NCBI GenBank assembly: GCA_001244265.2
Contig: CDLV01000010.1
Location: forward strand, 744,001 to 808,000
Direction of reading: 5' to 3'
Length of the DNA: 64,000 nt
DNA from: Microbotryum violaceum
Lineage: Eukaryota
Shown: piece by piece, positions 61,501 through 64,000 of the stretch
Layout: each line of letters starts with the position of its first letter
How positions within the stretch are numbered: the first letter of the stretch is position 1
Made by a program: the position numbers and the translations under genes
The notes under the pieces: model-generated
What the model was told of the DNA's origin: nothing
Databases searched by the model: none
The model's input: the letters and a program-made list of their open reading frames with translations, nothing else

Positions 61501-63303
61501 GTCATCGGCGGCCGAGTACAAGAACTCGGTCGTACCGGCCGAAACGTAGCCGACAAGTTTTGCCAAGCGCACGGCGGCCTTCTCCATCTGCTCGAACTTT
61601 TCGGGGCCCGCAATCGTGACGGGCGCTTCTTCAATGATCTTTTGGTGGCGACGTTGAACCGAGCAATCACGGCCGAACAACGAGATGGCGTTGCCGTACT
61701 GATCGGCCAGAACTTGCACCTCCAAATGGCGAGCCGCTCCAGCGAGCTTCATAATGAAGATGGGCGAACCTGGTCGGTGGAGCGCAACAGTCGCGTATGA
61801 TCAGTGAAACGGGCCCCTCGGCTCGATCCAACCAACTTACCAGGTACTTCTCCTTGAACGGCACCGAACGACTGCTTGAAATCCTCGGACTTGGCGACCA
61901 TGCGGATACCTTTACCTCCTCCACCTTCACTGGCCTTGATCATGACGGGGTACCCGATCTTTTCGGCCTTGACGAGACCGTCCTCGGCGCCGGAAACGCA
62001 GGCTTGGGCGTAGACGTCGTCAGCGACGGTGACGTAGCCGTCGGGGGACATGACGGTCTCCTCGACACCGGTCCCGGACCAGTCCATGCAGGGCACTTGG
62101 GCCGACTGCGCGACGATGGTCGAGCTGATCTTGTCACCCAACGAGCGCATCGCCGATCCTGGCGGTCCGATGAAGACGATCTTTTGCTTCGAGGCAGCGA
62201 GGGATTCGGGGAGGCGCGGGTTCTCGGAGGCGTGGCCCCTATTGTCCAGTCACAGCGAAGGAACAACGAGGCGGATCGGGAGCAACCACGGTGGTGGGAA
62301 GCGATATCGGGAGGGAGCATTGCAACGCGACTCATCAGCCACGTATCAGACTGCAACACAGCCAGAAATGCATCGAGCATCAAGCCAGCGGCAGATCCCC
62401 ACTCACCACCCGGCCCATACGGCGTGCACGGCGGCGCGCTCAGCGACATCGACGATGACGTCGACGTTGGCGTAGTTGTTGTTGTTGGTGCCACCAGGGA
62501 CCTCAACGTATTGATCGGCCATGCGGATGTAGTCGGCGTTGACTTTGAGATCCTCGGGGGTGGCCATGACGGTGAACTCGATCGCGCGCTCGGACCCAAA
62601 GGTCTCGTAGGCCCACTTGCGGATCGAGCGGATCTCCTTGACGGCAGCGATACCTATAGGAACGTGCAACGAGTGGAAATGACGATGCTTTAGTTCCAAA
62701 TCCTCGGGAAGGTGCGCGCGGACCGACGCGAGCACTGACCATTGTTGGCGATCAAGACCTGATTCGGAGAATCGGTTGGGGTTGTGGAGTGGGCACGAGG
62801 CGGACGAGCGAGAGGCGATCATCACTGTCAGTGGTGCAGAAGCGAGTGCGGAGGTTGGTGAGTACGATGCCACTGACCTTGGTAATAACGGTGTGACCAC
62901 CCCTTGACCTGACAAAGTCGGCAACACGACTCGGTGCGGCGACGTCGAGCGAGTGTCCACCTGTCACCCCCGCGACGCCGACGGAAATGTGCGAAGCCGA
63001 GTGGACGAGGCAGCGCCAGCAGTCACAGTCAGGCCGAGAGCGCAAACGCAAGACGAGATGGAGGGAGTAACAGAGTCAGCAGGTGCATGCTGTATACACA
63101 GAACGGAGCCAGCTTGCCCACCCACCAATGAAATGTTGCACCTTGGCGTGCTCAGCGGCGTGCGCATCCGGCGCAGGTGCAGCAATGGCCGCAGCCGAGG
63201 ATGATGCTGCTTGTTGGGTGGGGGCGGAACCGGTCGAAGCGGTGGTGCCGTTGGTCGACTGGTGCGACGATCCACCACTCAGCACCGACTTGATCGCATC
63301 CAT
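55584..63303 (-). CDS. ACC1: Acetyl-CoA carboxylase
   Basis: BC domain: [44 protein letters not shown]. Biotin site EVMK/M split by an intron. CT domain: [25 protein letters not shown]. Confidence 0.97.
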
Positions 63304-64000
63304 GATCAAAATCGAAGCGGAGAGAGGAGGGCAAGGGTGATTCTGGAAATTATTCCGAGAAGAAGAGGGGGGGTGGGGGGTGGAGGATGAGAAGCTACGC
63401 AACAGAGTTGGGTCGGCCCGACTTTGGACTCGGGAATCTCAAGCAACCGCCCCGTCTCCGCACGCGGGCCAGCGCGGGCGACGCTTGGTCTCGGAGAGTC
63501 GAGTCCCCAACTCGAAGTCTCGAACCCGCAGGCGCTCCCCTGCGCTCCCTAACTTTCGGTCGCAGTTGGGCCACGTCAACCACCCGGCCAGTCCCGACTT
63601 TAGTCTGCCAGCAAGGGCTACAACGGTTCAGAACGTATACGCTACAACCGTCAGAGCAACTGAAGGCAAATTGGGCCGGGCCCAAGCAAGCTCTCGACCA
63701 CAGTGACCATACATTTCCCGTGTCCTGTGGACCTGTATTCCGGTGACGCTTCATCCAGTCGACGACGACGCAGAACCCCAGGGTCACCCGAGCGGACTGC
63801 GCGTCGGCGCGCGATTGCGAAACCGGCGGCAAAAAGCCCCTGTCTCTTTCTCACCGGCGGAAACGATTCGGCCGCCACCAGGAGATGCCCGACTCGCGCC
63901 TTTCAAACCTTTGCCATTGCATTTCGAGTCCACTGAAGTGAGTTTATCCTTTTCGTCCTTCCGTGCAATGATACCCAACGCTGAGTGAGCTCAGCCCGGC

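Noticed and set aside
55602..62693. Long antisense ORFs opposite ACC1 (also opposite PMC1 and NOC3)
   Set aside because: Expected shadow ORFs from GC3-biased codon usage, with no protein motifs.
7281..63303. Apparent lipid-metabolism gene cluster (lipase, ERG26, ACAD, TMLD, ACC1)
   Set aside because: The genes are scattered among unrelated housekeeping genes, with no backbone synthase or shared regulator. Most likely coincidental.
1..64000. CRISPR arrays, rRNA/tRNA genes, prokaryotic operons or defence systems, mating-type genes
   Set aside because: Eukaryotic intron-containing DNA. I saw no spaced repeat arrays, RNA-gene signatures, homeodomain or pheromone/receptor motifs.

Overview
Intron-rich, GC-rich fungal genomic DNA. 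Intron signals and protein sequences point to a basidiomycete, probably Microbotryomycetes/Pucciniomycotina (inference). About 18 protein-coding genes, mostly housekeeping, in order: GFA/Mss4-like protein, V-ATPase subunit C, OPT-family transporter, class 3 lipase, ERG26, an orphan gene, ILV5, gephyrin/CnxE, peroxisomal AidB-like acyl-CoA dehydrogenase, trimethyllysine dioxygenase, COX4, NOC3, DUF1764 protein, a BRCT-less Pol mu-like family X polymerase, a flavin-reductase-like protein, a Pro-rich BBC1/AIM3-type protein, PMC1 Ca2+-ATPase and ACC1. Mobile DNA lies in two places. One is a 5'-truncated LINE just upstream of ERG26. The other is a ~9 kb nest between the convergent PMC1 and ACC1 genes: a LINE 3' fragment with a young Ty1/copia element in its 3' UTR (identical 243-bp LTRs, CTTTC target-site duplication), followed by more A-tailed retroposon-like ends. 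I cannot support a clear new multi-gene system. Best leads: a long, highly base-paired ILV5 intron; stacked retroposon tails sharing a 3' motif; a PPT+LTR fragment inside the copia gag; an intron-like duplication in the LTR; and the BRCT-less Pol X. Exon boundaries were read by eye and are approximate unless stated.
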